Source of the DNA: an uncultured virus (IMG/VR IMGVR_UViG_3300044616_002167)
Lineage: Duplodnaviria; Heunggongvirae; Uroviricota; Caudoviricetes
Virus record (IMG/VR): IMGVR_UViG_3300044616_002167
DNA: 20,000 bases
Reading direction: 5' to 3' (one strand)
The notes under the pieces were generated by a model, which did no database searches, was not told where the DNA came from, and saw only the letters and a list, made by a program, of their open reading frames with translations. Positions 8,232-15,497 of this stretch are shown here, in pieces (the stretch's first letter is position 1; each line of letters starts with the position of its first letter). Both the position numbers and the translations under genes were made by a program.

Positions 8232-9961
8232 CGCCTGACCCCCTGGCGTTGGGACTGCTGCTGGCGGCGGATTTCGACATCCGTCAGTTGCGAGAGGCGC
8301 AGCGCGTTGCCGGTGGCGAGAATGCAGTGCGCCCCTGTCTTGGCGGCTTTTTTCACAAGGCGTTCAGTGCACCTGGACTCCATGCTTTGGGGAGAAATCA
8401 GGAGGATATCGCCACGGCGCAAAGCGTTTGCGGGCTTTGCCCTCCTGATGAATCCCGCCCGGCCGAGAAGGTCGTTGCCAAATCCCCCCTCCCGGATAGC
8501 TCGGGCGAAGGCCTGAATGTGGCTGGCGCGTTGGGTGGACTCAAGAAAGGTCGTCGCGCTGATGGGGGCGGGGAGTCCGGAGTCGGCGCAGAGCTTTTTG
8601 TCCAGCGCGATGGTGTAGACGGCTCGACCTCGTTTGGTGGCAATGTTCGCCGCGTCCAGATGGGCTTTGTCGAGTGAGCCCGAGATGGTCACCCGATTTG
8701 CGAGAGCATTCCGAAGGTTTGTCACCTCCCTGTCATCGAGATCGCTGCCCGCCGTGGCCTCGATGACCCTCTCTGGCCTCACCTTGCTGGCTTGCCGGGT
8801 GAGCATGGCGAGGGTGCTCACAAGGCGCTTTTCGTTCGCAGCCTCCTTGGTGTTTTCAAACAGTGCATTTTTGTCGGCATATTGCTTGACCTTTTCTAGC
8901 CCGATTCGCGCGAGAAACGTTGTGTTCCTTGCCAAAAACCTGACCGCCGCGGCGGCTTTCTTAGGCGTAATGTCTGGACACACGATTTGCCTGGTGGTGG
9001 CGTTGATCTGCCAAAGGGTTGTCTGGAACTGGCCGGAACGGGCGTGGTAGTAAAACGCCAGCTTGGCCGCCTTGACCGCCGCGATTCTCTTGAGCCGCTT
9101 GTCAGCCCGGCTCAGAAAGTTGACGGCGCGGGCCAGCAGGGTTGGCTCAGTGATCTTGTAGTCGATCGCCTCCATCGCCTTTTCAAAGGTTGGCATCTCC
9201 TTCGCCTTGAACTTGGCCTGGCGGGTGGCTTGGGCCGCGGCCCTCCTTGCCTTGGCGGAGACGATCTTGCGCCCGGTCTTCTTTTCGATGGCCTTGGTTC
9301 GTTCGGTTTTCGCCACCTCGATGCCAGCGGCCTTGAGGCCTGTCGTTCCTGTTGGTTCCGAGTTGATTTTGAAGCGTTCCCAGACCTCCCTGGCGATGGT
9401 CGCCGAGGCAAAGCTCTTCAATTCGGTCTGGGCCTTCATCAAGTGCCTTGTGGACACAGCGCGGATCTTGCCGTCCTTGGTCTTGCCGCTTGATTTAAAA
9501 ACGATATTTATAGTTAGTCCTGCCGCTTTATCCCGGTTAAGGTACCCTAGTGTGACGCAGTAGGGTGCTTCTAGAAGCTGTTCCAAACGATTCTCAGCAC
9601 CCCTTCTTGCAAAAAAATGCTTAGCCGTTTCCATGGCGAACTTGTGACCCACTGCTAGGGCGAACTTGCTGATGGCCTCCTTGTGTGCGCCCATTGCGTT
9701 GATCGCGGCCACCGTCTCCATGGGCACAGAAGCGGTGAGCTCCAACAGGTCAGCGCTTTTGGCTTTTCGCTTCAGGTCGTAACTTTCCCACCACATTTCC
9801 CTGGCGGGGTAGGACCCCTTGAACAACTCCTCCCCGGTTACTCCGTTAAAAACGACCGCCATCCGGGCGTCGCGAACCAGGATATCCTCAGGCCGGTTGT
9901 AGGTCGTCCAGCCCTTGAGTGTCCTGTGGGCGACCCGGGATGACGCAATGAACGCGCTCAC
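8228..9961 (-). CDS. Divergent TrwC/MOBF relaxase-helicase homologue with degenerate catalytic motifs
   Basis: LELTASVP ~ DLTFSAPK; GYLNRDKAAGLTINIVF ~ HxTSRxxDPxLHTH; DGKIRAV; TERTKAIE ~ FSxRxxxIE; ATRQAK ~ TRxxK. C-terminal AAA_30-like scaffold (GRAVYTIA, GDILLISPQSM, GAHCILATG). GTG 9961 has a GGAGG RBS and overlaps the kinase stop (ORF track starts at 9976). Confidence 0.72.
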   Translation of the reverse strand: MSAFIASSRVAHRTLKGWTTYNRPEDILVRDARMAVVFNGVTGEELFKGSYPAREMWWESYDLKRKAKSADLLELTASVPMETVAAINAMGAHKEAISKFALAVGHKFAMETAKHFFARRGAENRLEQLLEAPYCVTLGYLNRDKAAGLTINIVFKSSGKTKDGKIRAVSTRHLMKAQTELKSFASATIAREVWERFKINSEPTGTTGLKAAGIEVAKTERTKAIEKKTGRKIVSAKARRAAAQATRQAKFKAKEMPTFEKAMEAIDYKITEPTLLARAVNFLSRADKRLKRIAAVKAAKLAFYYHARSGQFQTTLWQINATTRQIVCPDITPKKAAAAVRFLARNTTFLARIGLEKVKQYADKNALFENTKEAANEKRLVSTLAMLTRQASKVRPERVIEATAGSDLDDREVTNLRNALANRVTISGSLDKAHLDAANIATKRGRAVYTIALDKKLCADSGLPAPISATTFLESTQRASHIQAFARAIREGGFGNDLLGRAGFIRRAKPANALRRGDILLISPQSMESRCTERLVKKAAKTGAHCILATGNALRLSQLTDVEIRRQQQSQRQGVRR

Positions 9962-11184
9962 TGTTGGTCCCTCCACAGCCTTAATGGAATGTTTGGCTGA
10001 TATTTCGGCCTTCTCCTAAAGGAAGGCTCCGGCGAATGCCACAGGCCAACCGCCGTTGTAGGTTCGTTTTTGACGACAGTTTGCGGTGGGTTTTCATGCT
10101 GGGTTGACAGAATCGAGACCGAAACCCTTTCAGTCGCAAACGTCGGTACCGCCGGAATTGTCCACCTGAAATGGGCGGTGTTTTGAAAAATCGAAAATGC
10201 AAGTGTCATCGCCGCGCCGACGGTTAGGCACGCGAACTTCCTTCGTCTTGCAGATCTTCCGGCGACCTTGCAGCGGGTTGATAACCCAATGACCAATCCC
10301 CTCCAGTTGATGAAAGCTCGCTTAGGACTCGGCGCCATGCCCAATGCCGTTTCCCACATGGCAAGCGTCGGCCGCCTGCCGGCTGGCCCGGTGATCGCCT
10401 GCTCGAGGTAGGAGCGGATGACCGGTGGAAGGCTGTCGAACTGTCTCCGGACTTCAGAGTTCGGTTCCACGCCGAATATGGATAGCTTTCCGGCCTCAAT
10501 CAGGTCAGCTGGAGCTCCGGGTTCGCCATGGTCAAGTGTGCTCCCGCCGGTGAATACCTTGAACAAAAGGCATGCCAGCGCCCCGGCCGCTTGGTCCTCC
10601 CCCCAGGTGTGAATAGAGCCGCTCCTGAACTCAACGATGCATTCTCTTGGCAAAAAATCTGGCATGACCACCGCGCTGGCGGGAATTGGGCGGTGGTTCA
10701 CGGTGAATCCACATCCCGCGGCGACATCGATCCGTTGGACTCCTGTGACTTTGCCGAAGGATGTGGCGAAGAGATAGTTGGCCGGGTTGTGATCGACGAC
10801 TGCGATGTCCGCCTTCTGGATCGTGATGAATAAATCGACCAGACATTTTGCGATTGCGAACCGCTGGGAGTCGAAATCGATCTTCAACCGCGCCCGTTCG
10901 CTTGGCAGGAAGAAGTTCTCCAAGGAGTGGTGCCCTACGATCTCCGGCATCGTCCACCCGACCGCCTGTCCGCAGTCAAAGAGGATGGCCCTTGGCAGGG
11001 CGACATTCGGGATGGTGAGTGCGGTGAGAGCCTCCACCACGGCGATACGGTCGGCGGAAGGCTCCTCGATGCAGATGGCGGCAAGAACGCCCGGAGATAC
11101 TCTGTAGATCTCACTCTCCGCGCCTCCCTTGCCCAGTGGCGTGAGAGGTACCGGGGAGCCGGATGCGGTCTGAACAACTTTCAT
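9958..11184 (-). CDS. TerY-triad-type Ser/Thr kinase-like protein with C-terminal TM segment; probable pseudokinase
   Basis: Gly loop LGKGGAESEIY, VALP..ILFD...GWTMP, catalytic loop VDHNPANYL, RID, PDFLPRE, ALACLLFKVFTGG and RRPT. Ala at the expected beta3 Lys (VLAAIC). Hydrophobic FACLTVGAAMTLAFSIF. Confidence 0.8.
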   Translation of the reverse strand: MKVVQTASGSPVPLTPLGKGGAESEIYRVSPGVLAAICIEEPSADRIAVVEALTALTIPNVALPRAILFDCGQAVGWTMPEIVGHHSLENFFLPSERARLKIDFDSQRFAIAKCLVDLFITIQKADIAVVDHNPANYLFATSFGKVTGVQRIDVAAGCGFTVNHRPIPASAVVMPDFLPRECIVEFRSGSIHTWGEDQAAGALACLLFKVFTGGSTLDHGEPGAPADLIEAGKLSIFGVEPNSEVRRQFDSLPPVIRSYLEQAITGPAGRRPTLAMWETALGMAPSPKRAFINWRGLVIGLSTRCKVAGRSARRRKFACLTVGAAMTLAFSIFQNTAHFRWTIPAVPTFATERVSVSILSTQHENPPQTVVKNEPTTAVGLWHSPEPSFRRRPKYQPNIPLRLWRDQQ

Positions 11185-11954
11185 CGCCCGGCCCCCCGAA
11201 GCTTCCTCGATATCGCTGCGGTCGCGATGTCCTTGAGGCTCCCTGGGCGGCTAACCGAGCTGGAAAGCGATCTTCCAAGGATTGAAAAAAGTTCGGACAA
11301 GGGGACCAGGTTGGCGGGAACGGGAGGAGTGTTGGAGATCATCCCCGCCATGTTGCGGTCAAAGGCGCCTACCATCGCGGAAATGACGGTGATATCGCGG
11401 GCGATGAAGTCGATGTGATTCTGGAGTTCCCCAGGTTGAAAAGGCGTACAATTTTGAAAATCGGATACGATCAGCCAGAGAGAGTCGAAATGCCTCACCC
11501 GCTGTTGACTGCAATGCTCTCTGAATTTGAGGGAGTCATGGCGCAACGCCGACAAAAGGCGCGGGACATTGGTTCCCGGGAGGCTTGGCGGTCTTTGAGG
11601 TACAACGAACTTACCAGCAGCAGCTCCGATGAGTTCGACATTTTCGGCCCAGGTGTAGCTGAGACAGAAAATGCACTCCTTTGCCAGCGGATTTTCCGCA
11701 AGGCTAACCTCCATCGGTGCGATTGCCGCCTGGAGTTCCTTGAAGTAACCGCCGAGGCTCCCTGACTCGTCTACCGCTAAAGCGACTTGTTGGTAGGGCA
11801 TGGACCCCCTTTGCGCGGGAGTCATGATTGCCTTGGCCTGCTCTGCGAGAACAAGCCCTCCCGGAATCACCAACTTGTCATCCATCGGCATCGGCATTAG
11901 GTTGGTGACGCTGGGCGGATTGGTGCCGCCGTTGTTGGAGAACAGGTTGCGCAT
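11181..11954 (-). CDS. TerY-like von Willebrand factor A domain protein (257 aa from ATG 11954)
   Basis: MIDAS VALAVDESGSL, then LAENPLAKE, PGTN and WLIVSD. GGAG RBS before ATG 11954; the longer ORF-track start overlaps the divergent gene. Confidence 0.82.
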   Translation of the reverse strand: MRNLFSNNGGTNPPSVTNLMPMPMDDKLVIPGGLVLAEQAKAIMTPAQRGSMPYQQVALAVDESGSLGGYFKELQAAIAPMEVSLAENPLAKECIFCLSYTWAENVELIGAAAGKFVVPQRPPSLPGTNVPRLLSALRHDSLKFREHCSQQRVRHFDSLWLIVSDFQNCTPFQPGELQNHIDFIARDITVISAMVGAFDRNMAGMISNTPPVPANLVPLSELFSILGRSLSSSVSRPGSLKDIATAAISRKLRGAGR

Positions 11955-12070
11955 GAACGGGCTCCCGATTGGGCGTGTTGTGGGGAATACCGACGCGGGA
12001 AAAGCGTCGATAAGCAACGGTACCCTTCGGGAAAACCGATTTACAATGGCATCCCTTGAGGAGTGCAAAA

Positions 12071-12121
12071 ATAGTTCTAAATGGTTCCGAATGGCGATGA
12101 TTCCGAACCATTCCGAACCAT
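12071..12121. promoter_or_regulatory. Candidate operator: two tandem 10-mers facing two inverted 10-mers in the divergent intergenic region
   Basis: ATAGTTCTAA-ATGGTTCCGA (12071-12090) and TTCCGAACCA x2 (12101-12120). ATGGTTCCGAAT vs ATTCCGAACCAT is an inverted repeat with 1 mismatch. Confidence 0.55.
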
Positions 12122-12190
12122 CTTTCACTTCGACCAAATCGCTGGCGGCCGGCGGTATATTGTCAGTGGAGCCAATTGGAGGTGAAGCAG

Positions 12191-12715
12191 ATGCCGGCAA
12201 AACGAAACGACACACTGCAAGATCGCGAAGAGGCCTGGAGCCGGATCAATTTGATTTGGGACAAGGTTTTTCCAATGGGCAGCATCAAGTTTCTTGCAAA
12301 CGACATCTCCCCGTCCCAATACAAGAAGATTTCGGCTTATCACCCCGTTGGAAAGGACGTGATGGTCAAGGTGGCCAACATCCTTGGTGTGCCGGTTCGG
12401 GAAATTGATCCGCAGAGGAGGAAGGAGTGGACGAGAGACATCGACTCGGTGATTCAAGACGCGATGGAAACGAAGGGCTCCGGGGGTGGCTTGATGTTGA
12501 TGAATTCCTCGGTTGAGGTCGCCAACCTCATTTTCCAGGCGCTTGAAATGATTTATGTCAAAAGAAGTGCAATAATTAACGAAGCCATTGCCGAAATGGT
12601 TACCTCCCGGGAGGAGTATGCCGCGATGGCGATCACCCAGCTACTGATGGGAAACAAAAAATTCTTTGAGGATGCCGAAGAGGAGGGGGATGGCGCACAG
12701 GAATTGCCATGGTAA
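12191..12715 (+). CDS. Putative XRE-like HTH transcriptional regulator
   Basis: GGAGGTG RBS before ATG 12191. ISPSQYKKI...VMVKVANILGVPVREI matches the XRE helix 4-5 pattern. Divergent from the vWA operon. Confidence 0.65.
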   Translation: MPAKRNDTLQDREEAWSRINLIWDKVFPMGSIKFLANDISPSQYKKISAYHPVGKDVMVKVANILGVPVREIDPQRRKEWTRDIDSVIQDAMETKGSGGGLMLMNSSVEVANLIFQALEMIYVKRSAIINEAIAEMVTSREEYAAMAITQLLMGNKKFFEDAEEEGDGAQELPW

Positions 12716-12742
12716 CCCCAAACTCGTCCAATCGCCTTCACT

Positions 12743-12774
12743 ACCACCGGTCAAACCTGGTGGTTTTTCTTTTT
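12743..12774 (+). terminator. Rho-independent terminator after the HTH gene
   Basis: ACCACCGG-TCAAA-CC(T)GGTGGT hairpin followed by TTTTCTTTTT. Confidence 0.65.
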
Positions 12775-13052
12775 ATAGCCATAGATATTTTAAGATTGGC
12801 ATCCAAGTCTTAATTCTAATCATTGATGTCGGGCCAGTCCCGGGAAGGTTTTTCAATCCGACCTTACCCTGCGAAGAGGGTATTTATAAGATGATGGCTG
12901 GTTGAATTTTCTTGTCCCTGAATTGTCCCCATCAGTGTCCCCAACACGGGCTAAAATAGTGGGGACAATTCGCAAATGGTGGAGCATGAAGGAGGATTTT
13001 CAGCAAAGAAAAGGTGTTTAAACAAGGCCTTTTAGTGCAACTTATGGATTAA

Positions 13053-13125
13053 GCGCCCGTAGCTCAGGGGATAGAGCATCGGTTTCCTAAGCCGTGGGTC
13101 GTTGGTTCAATCTTTGCCGGGTGTA
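13053..13125 (+). tRNA. tRNA-Arg(CCT)-like sequence, probably a pseudo-tRNA/att core
   Basis: GCGCCCG-TA-GCTC..GAGC D arm and anticodon loop TTCCTAA (CCT at 13086-13088). The 3' half pairs poorly: TCGGT/GCCGT, T-stem GTTGG/TTTGC, two G-T pairs in the acceptor stem, no encoded CCA. Confidence 0.8.
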
Positions 13126-13140
13126 ATAAATAGGGTCTCT

Positions 13141-13172
13141 TAGGGGCAAGCTGGGCTTGCCCCTATTTTTTT
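13141..13172 (+). terminator. Rho-independent terminator downstream of the tRNA
   Basis: Perfect 11-bp stem TAGGGGCAAGC-TGG-GCTTGCCCCTA followed by T7. Confidence 0.85.
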
Positions 13173-13357
13173 AGTGTATTTAATCAACTATCGACGGCCT
13201 TTCTGCGCCTTTTGGCGCAGTTTGGGGACAGGTTTGGGGACGGGAAAAGGGCTGGTTGTCCCCGATTTTGTCCCCGATAGCATCCGAAAATGGGACAAAA
13301 AAACCGCATCCGTTGGAAGTAGCCCTCGGCCAGCGTGAGTCCTTTGGAGGTGTTCAA

Positions 13358-14587
13358 ATGGCGCGCGGCAGAAAAAAGTCGGCGCAAGGGGAGCCGCGCC
13401 AACGGAAGCCGTTCTTCAAGAAATCCCACGACTGCTGGTATGTGCATCAAGACGGAAAGATGGTCCGGCTTGCAAAAGATAGGGACGAGGCATTTAGAAA
13501 ATGGGAAGACCTTCGCCTCCAACGGCGTCTTGAGGAGGAGGGCAGGGCAGAGAGGGAAGCCGCCGGGATCACGCTGGTGAACATGGCCCAAGAGTTCTTC
13601 ACCATGCACTTCAGGGGCAAGAGCGAGAAGACTCTGCAATTTCACAAGGAGAAGATCGTTCCGCTTTGCCGCGAGCTGGGGGCCGATTTCCTCGCCGCCT
13701 CGCTGACGGTTCTCCACATCAACGAGTGGATCGCCAAGCATCCCGCATGGTCGACCGGCACCGCCCGGACCGTGTGGCAGGCCGTCAAGGCGCTGTGCTC
13801 CTGGGGGTATGTCAACGAGAGGATTCCGCGCCTGCGCCTGCTGGAGCACCGCAAGCCCGCGGCCAACCGCCGAGAGGTGGTCATCTCGCCGGAGGAGTAC
13901 GAAAGGATCCGGGCTGCCGTCGTCAGCGAAGAATTCAAGGCACTTTTGGACATGGCTTGGGAAACCGGAGCTCGCCCGCAGGAGCTCTGGAAAATGCAGG
14001 TTTCCCACTGCGATTTCGAGCGGAAGCTTATCGTTTTCAAAGCCTCGGAGTCCAAGGGCAAGAAGCGGCCGCGCGTCATCTTCCTCGAGCCCGGCAACGG
14101 GCTGGAGATCGCCCAACGCCAGGCGGAGCTCTACGGGACCGGGCACCTGTTCCGCAACACGGAGGGGAATCCTTGGACGCCGGGAACCAGCAACCTTGCA
14201 TTTCAGCGTTTAAGGAGAAAAATAGCGGCGGAGAGAATGCCGGAGCCCACCGAGAAGGATATCACAACCTTTCTGGCCAAGGTCTCGCCCACGGTGAAAG
14301 AGGCCGGCGTGGAAAGGCTGAAGACGGAGGCGGAAAGGATTGCCCAGGCCAAGCTCAAGTTCAGGGCCTCCGCCGCCAAAAAACTCGCTCCCAAATATTG
14401 CCTTTATCATTTTCGCCACAGTTGGCTGGACCGGAGGATCAAGCAGGGTGTCGGAATCTTCGAGGCGGCGAAGCTGATGGGTCACGCGGACGCTAGCATG
14501 ATAATCCGCCACTATGAGCATCTTTCGCAAAGTCCTGAATTTCTTAGGGCGGCGCTGATGAAAGCTACCGGAGGGGGGAATCCATGA
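13358..14587 (+). CDS. int: Tyrosine recombinase/phage integrase (409 aa from ATG 13358)
   Basis: Catalytic R (TGARPQE), K (KGKKR), HxxR (YHFRH), H (LMGH) and Y (HYEH). N-terminal arm-binding-like KPFFKKSHDCWYV. GGAGGTG RBS; adjacent to the tRNA. Confidence 0.95.
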   Translation: MARGRKKSAQGEPRQRKPFFKKSHDCWYVHQDGKMVRLAKDRDEAFRKWEDLRLQRRLEEEGRAEREAAGITLVNMAQEFFTMHFRGKSEKTLQFHKEKIVPLCRELGADFLAASLTVLHINEWIAKHPAWSTGTARTVWQAVKALCSWGYVNERIPRLRLLEHRKPAANRREVVISPEEYERIRAAVVSEEFKALLDMAWETGARPQELWKMQVSHCDFERKLIVFKASESKGKKRPRVIFLEPGNGLEIAQRQAELYGTGHLFRNTEGNPWTPGTSNLAFQRLRRKIAAERMPEPTEKDITTFLAKVSPTVKEAGVERLKTEAERIAQAKLKFRASAAKKLAPKYCLYHFRHSWLDRRIKQGVGIFEAAKLMGHADASMIIRHYEHLSQSPEFLRAALMKATGGGNP

Positions 14588-14961
14588 GTCGCCGCCGTCA
14601 TTTCAAAAATAATCCCCGGGTCCGCATGTTCGGCATCACGGCGCCTGTGGCCCGGCACGTTTGGGCGATCGTTGCGATGGTGGTCGGTGCCGCCCTCGTG
14701 GCTTTTAGCTGTTTTCTGATGGCCGACTTTCGCTCCTACGACGAGGAGGTGTCCCAGTACGAGGGGCTGTGGGACGAATACAAAAATTCAAGATATTGGG
14801 GGCCGGGGATGCTGGCGAAAAACCGCCTGCAAGAGCTCAATGACATGGGGCGATTCCGCTATGAGCTGACGCCTTATTGGGGCCTTGGGCTGTCGTTGAT
14901 CATGACCATTGCGATGGTCTATAGCGCCTACAACTCCAAGGATTGCGAGTGGCACTGGTGA
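14584..14961 (+). CDS. Two-TM membrane protein translationally coupled to the integrase
   Basis: ATGA overlap with the int stop. Two hydrophobic helices flank a ~50-aa loop. Confidence 0.7.
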   Translation: MSRRRHFKNNPRVRMFGITAPVARHVWAIVAMVVGAALVAFSCFLMADFRSYDEEVSQYEGLWDEYKNSRYWGPGMLAKNRLQELNDMGRFRYELTPYWGLGLSLIMTIAMVYSAYNSKDCEWHW

Positions 14962-15029
14962 TGGGGGAGGTGGTGGCGTTCCGTGCAACCTGAATGCCGC
15001 TTGATCAAGCCGCAAAACCTCCCCGCGGT

Positions 15030-15440
15030 TTATTCGATGCCGTTGTCGACATCCTCGGGGCTATCGTCTCCCGGCTCCCGTTGGTTTTTCGGGAGCGGGT
15101 TGGCGAGCATCCACCTGAACGCCTCCTGCGAGAGGAGCGCCAGGGTCAGGAGCTCGTTTGAGTTGAAGCGCGAACCGCTCTTCCACTCACCGGACTTGCC
15201 GTCGCGGTAGCGCCTGACGATCTGCGTCGAGTAGAACTGACCGCCGTTCTCACGGGAGTCGTTCACCCAGATGGAGATCCGGATCGAGCCCGCCGCAAAC
15301 TCGCGCGCGGGCTGGTTGCCCTGCTGCTCGTCCCCGCCGCGCCTCTGGGGCGCCTCGGGGGCCTGCCTGCGGACGGCGCCGTTACCGTTACCGTTACCGT
15401 TACCGTTGCCGTTACCGTTGAAACGCCTTACTGATGCCAT
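15030..15440 (-). CDS. Small mobile-element protein, possibly PC4/SSB-like ssDNA-binding; N-terminal (NG)7
   Basis: GGAGG RBS. Beta-rich core IRISIWVN...FYSTQIVRRYRD...EWKSGSRF, then a helix and an acidic tail (REPGDDSPEDVD). Function is inference. Confidence 0.65.
   Translation of the reverse strand: MASVRRFNGNGNGNGNGNGNGAVRRQAPEAPQRRGGDEQQGNQPAREFAAGSIRISIWVNDSRENGGQFYSTQIVRRYRDGKSGEWKSGSRFNSNELLTLALLSQEAFRWMLANPLPKNQREPGDDSPEDVDNGIE
15379..15420. repeat. Hexamer microsatellite (CCGTTR)7 encoding (NG)7
   Basis: Seven consecutive CCGTTA/CCGTTG units read directly. Confidence 0.95.
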
Positions 15441-15497
15441 AAATCCTCCGAACTAGGGGAAACACCAGACACCGACCACCAACCCGGGGAGTCCGGG

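Larger units (their letters stand above)
2294..12970. mobile_element. ICE/IME-like element (left boundary outside the window or unclear), ending at the tRNA-Arg att site
   Basis: Coupling protein, relaxase-like gene, Xis-like HTHs, regulator and arm-type repeats next to the tRNA. Confidence 0.65.
12913..13297. repeat. TGTCCCC/GGGGACA repeats (candidate integrase arm-type sites) on both sides of the tRNA
   Basis: Left: 12913 (TGTCCCT), 12924, 12936, inverted 12961. Right: inverted 13224, 13236 (GGGGACG), direct 13257, 13269, inverted 13291 (TGGGACA). Pairs are spaced 11-12 bp. Confidence 0.8.

Noticed and set aside
9958..11954. Tellurite-resistance (ter) operon
   Set aside because: No TerZABCDE genes; only a TerY-like vWA and a kinase-like gene.
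12780..12900. oriT at the AT-rich tract with hairpin TACCCT-GCGAAG-AGGGTA (12865-12882)
   Set aside because: The hairpin is real but short, and I recognise no MOBF nic consensus; insufficient support.
13053..13125. Fully functional tRNA-Arg
   Set aside because: The T-stem has only one Watson-Crick pair and the anticodon stem has a T-T mismatch, so it is treated as a probable pseudo-tRNA/att core.
12913..13297. CRISPR array or plasmid iterons
   Set aside because: The repeats are only 7 bp, in both orientations, with no regular 30-40-bp spacers; their position around a tRNA next to an integrase fits arm-type sites better.
13184..14496. Long overlapping ORFs 13184-14146(-) and 13666-14496(+)
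   Set aside because: Shadow frames of the GC-rich integrase gene, with no motifs.
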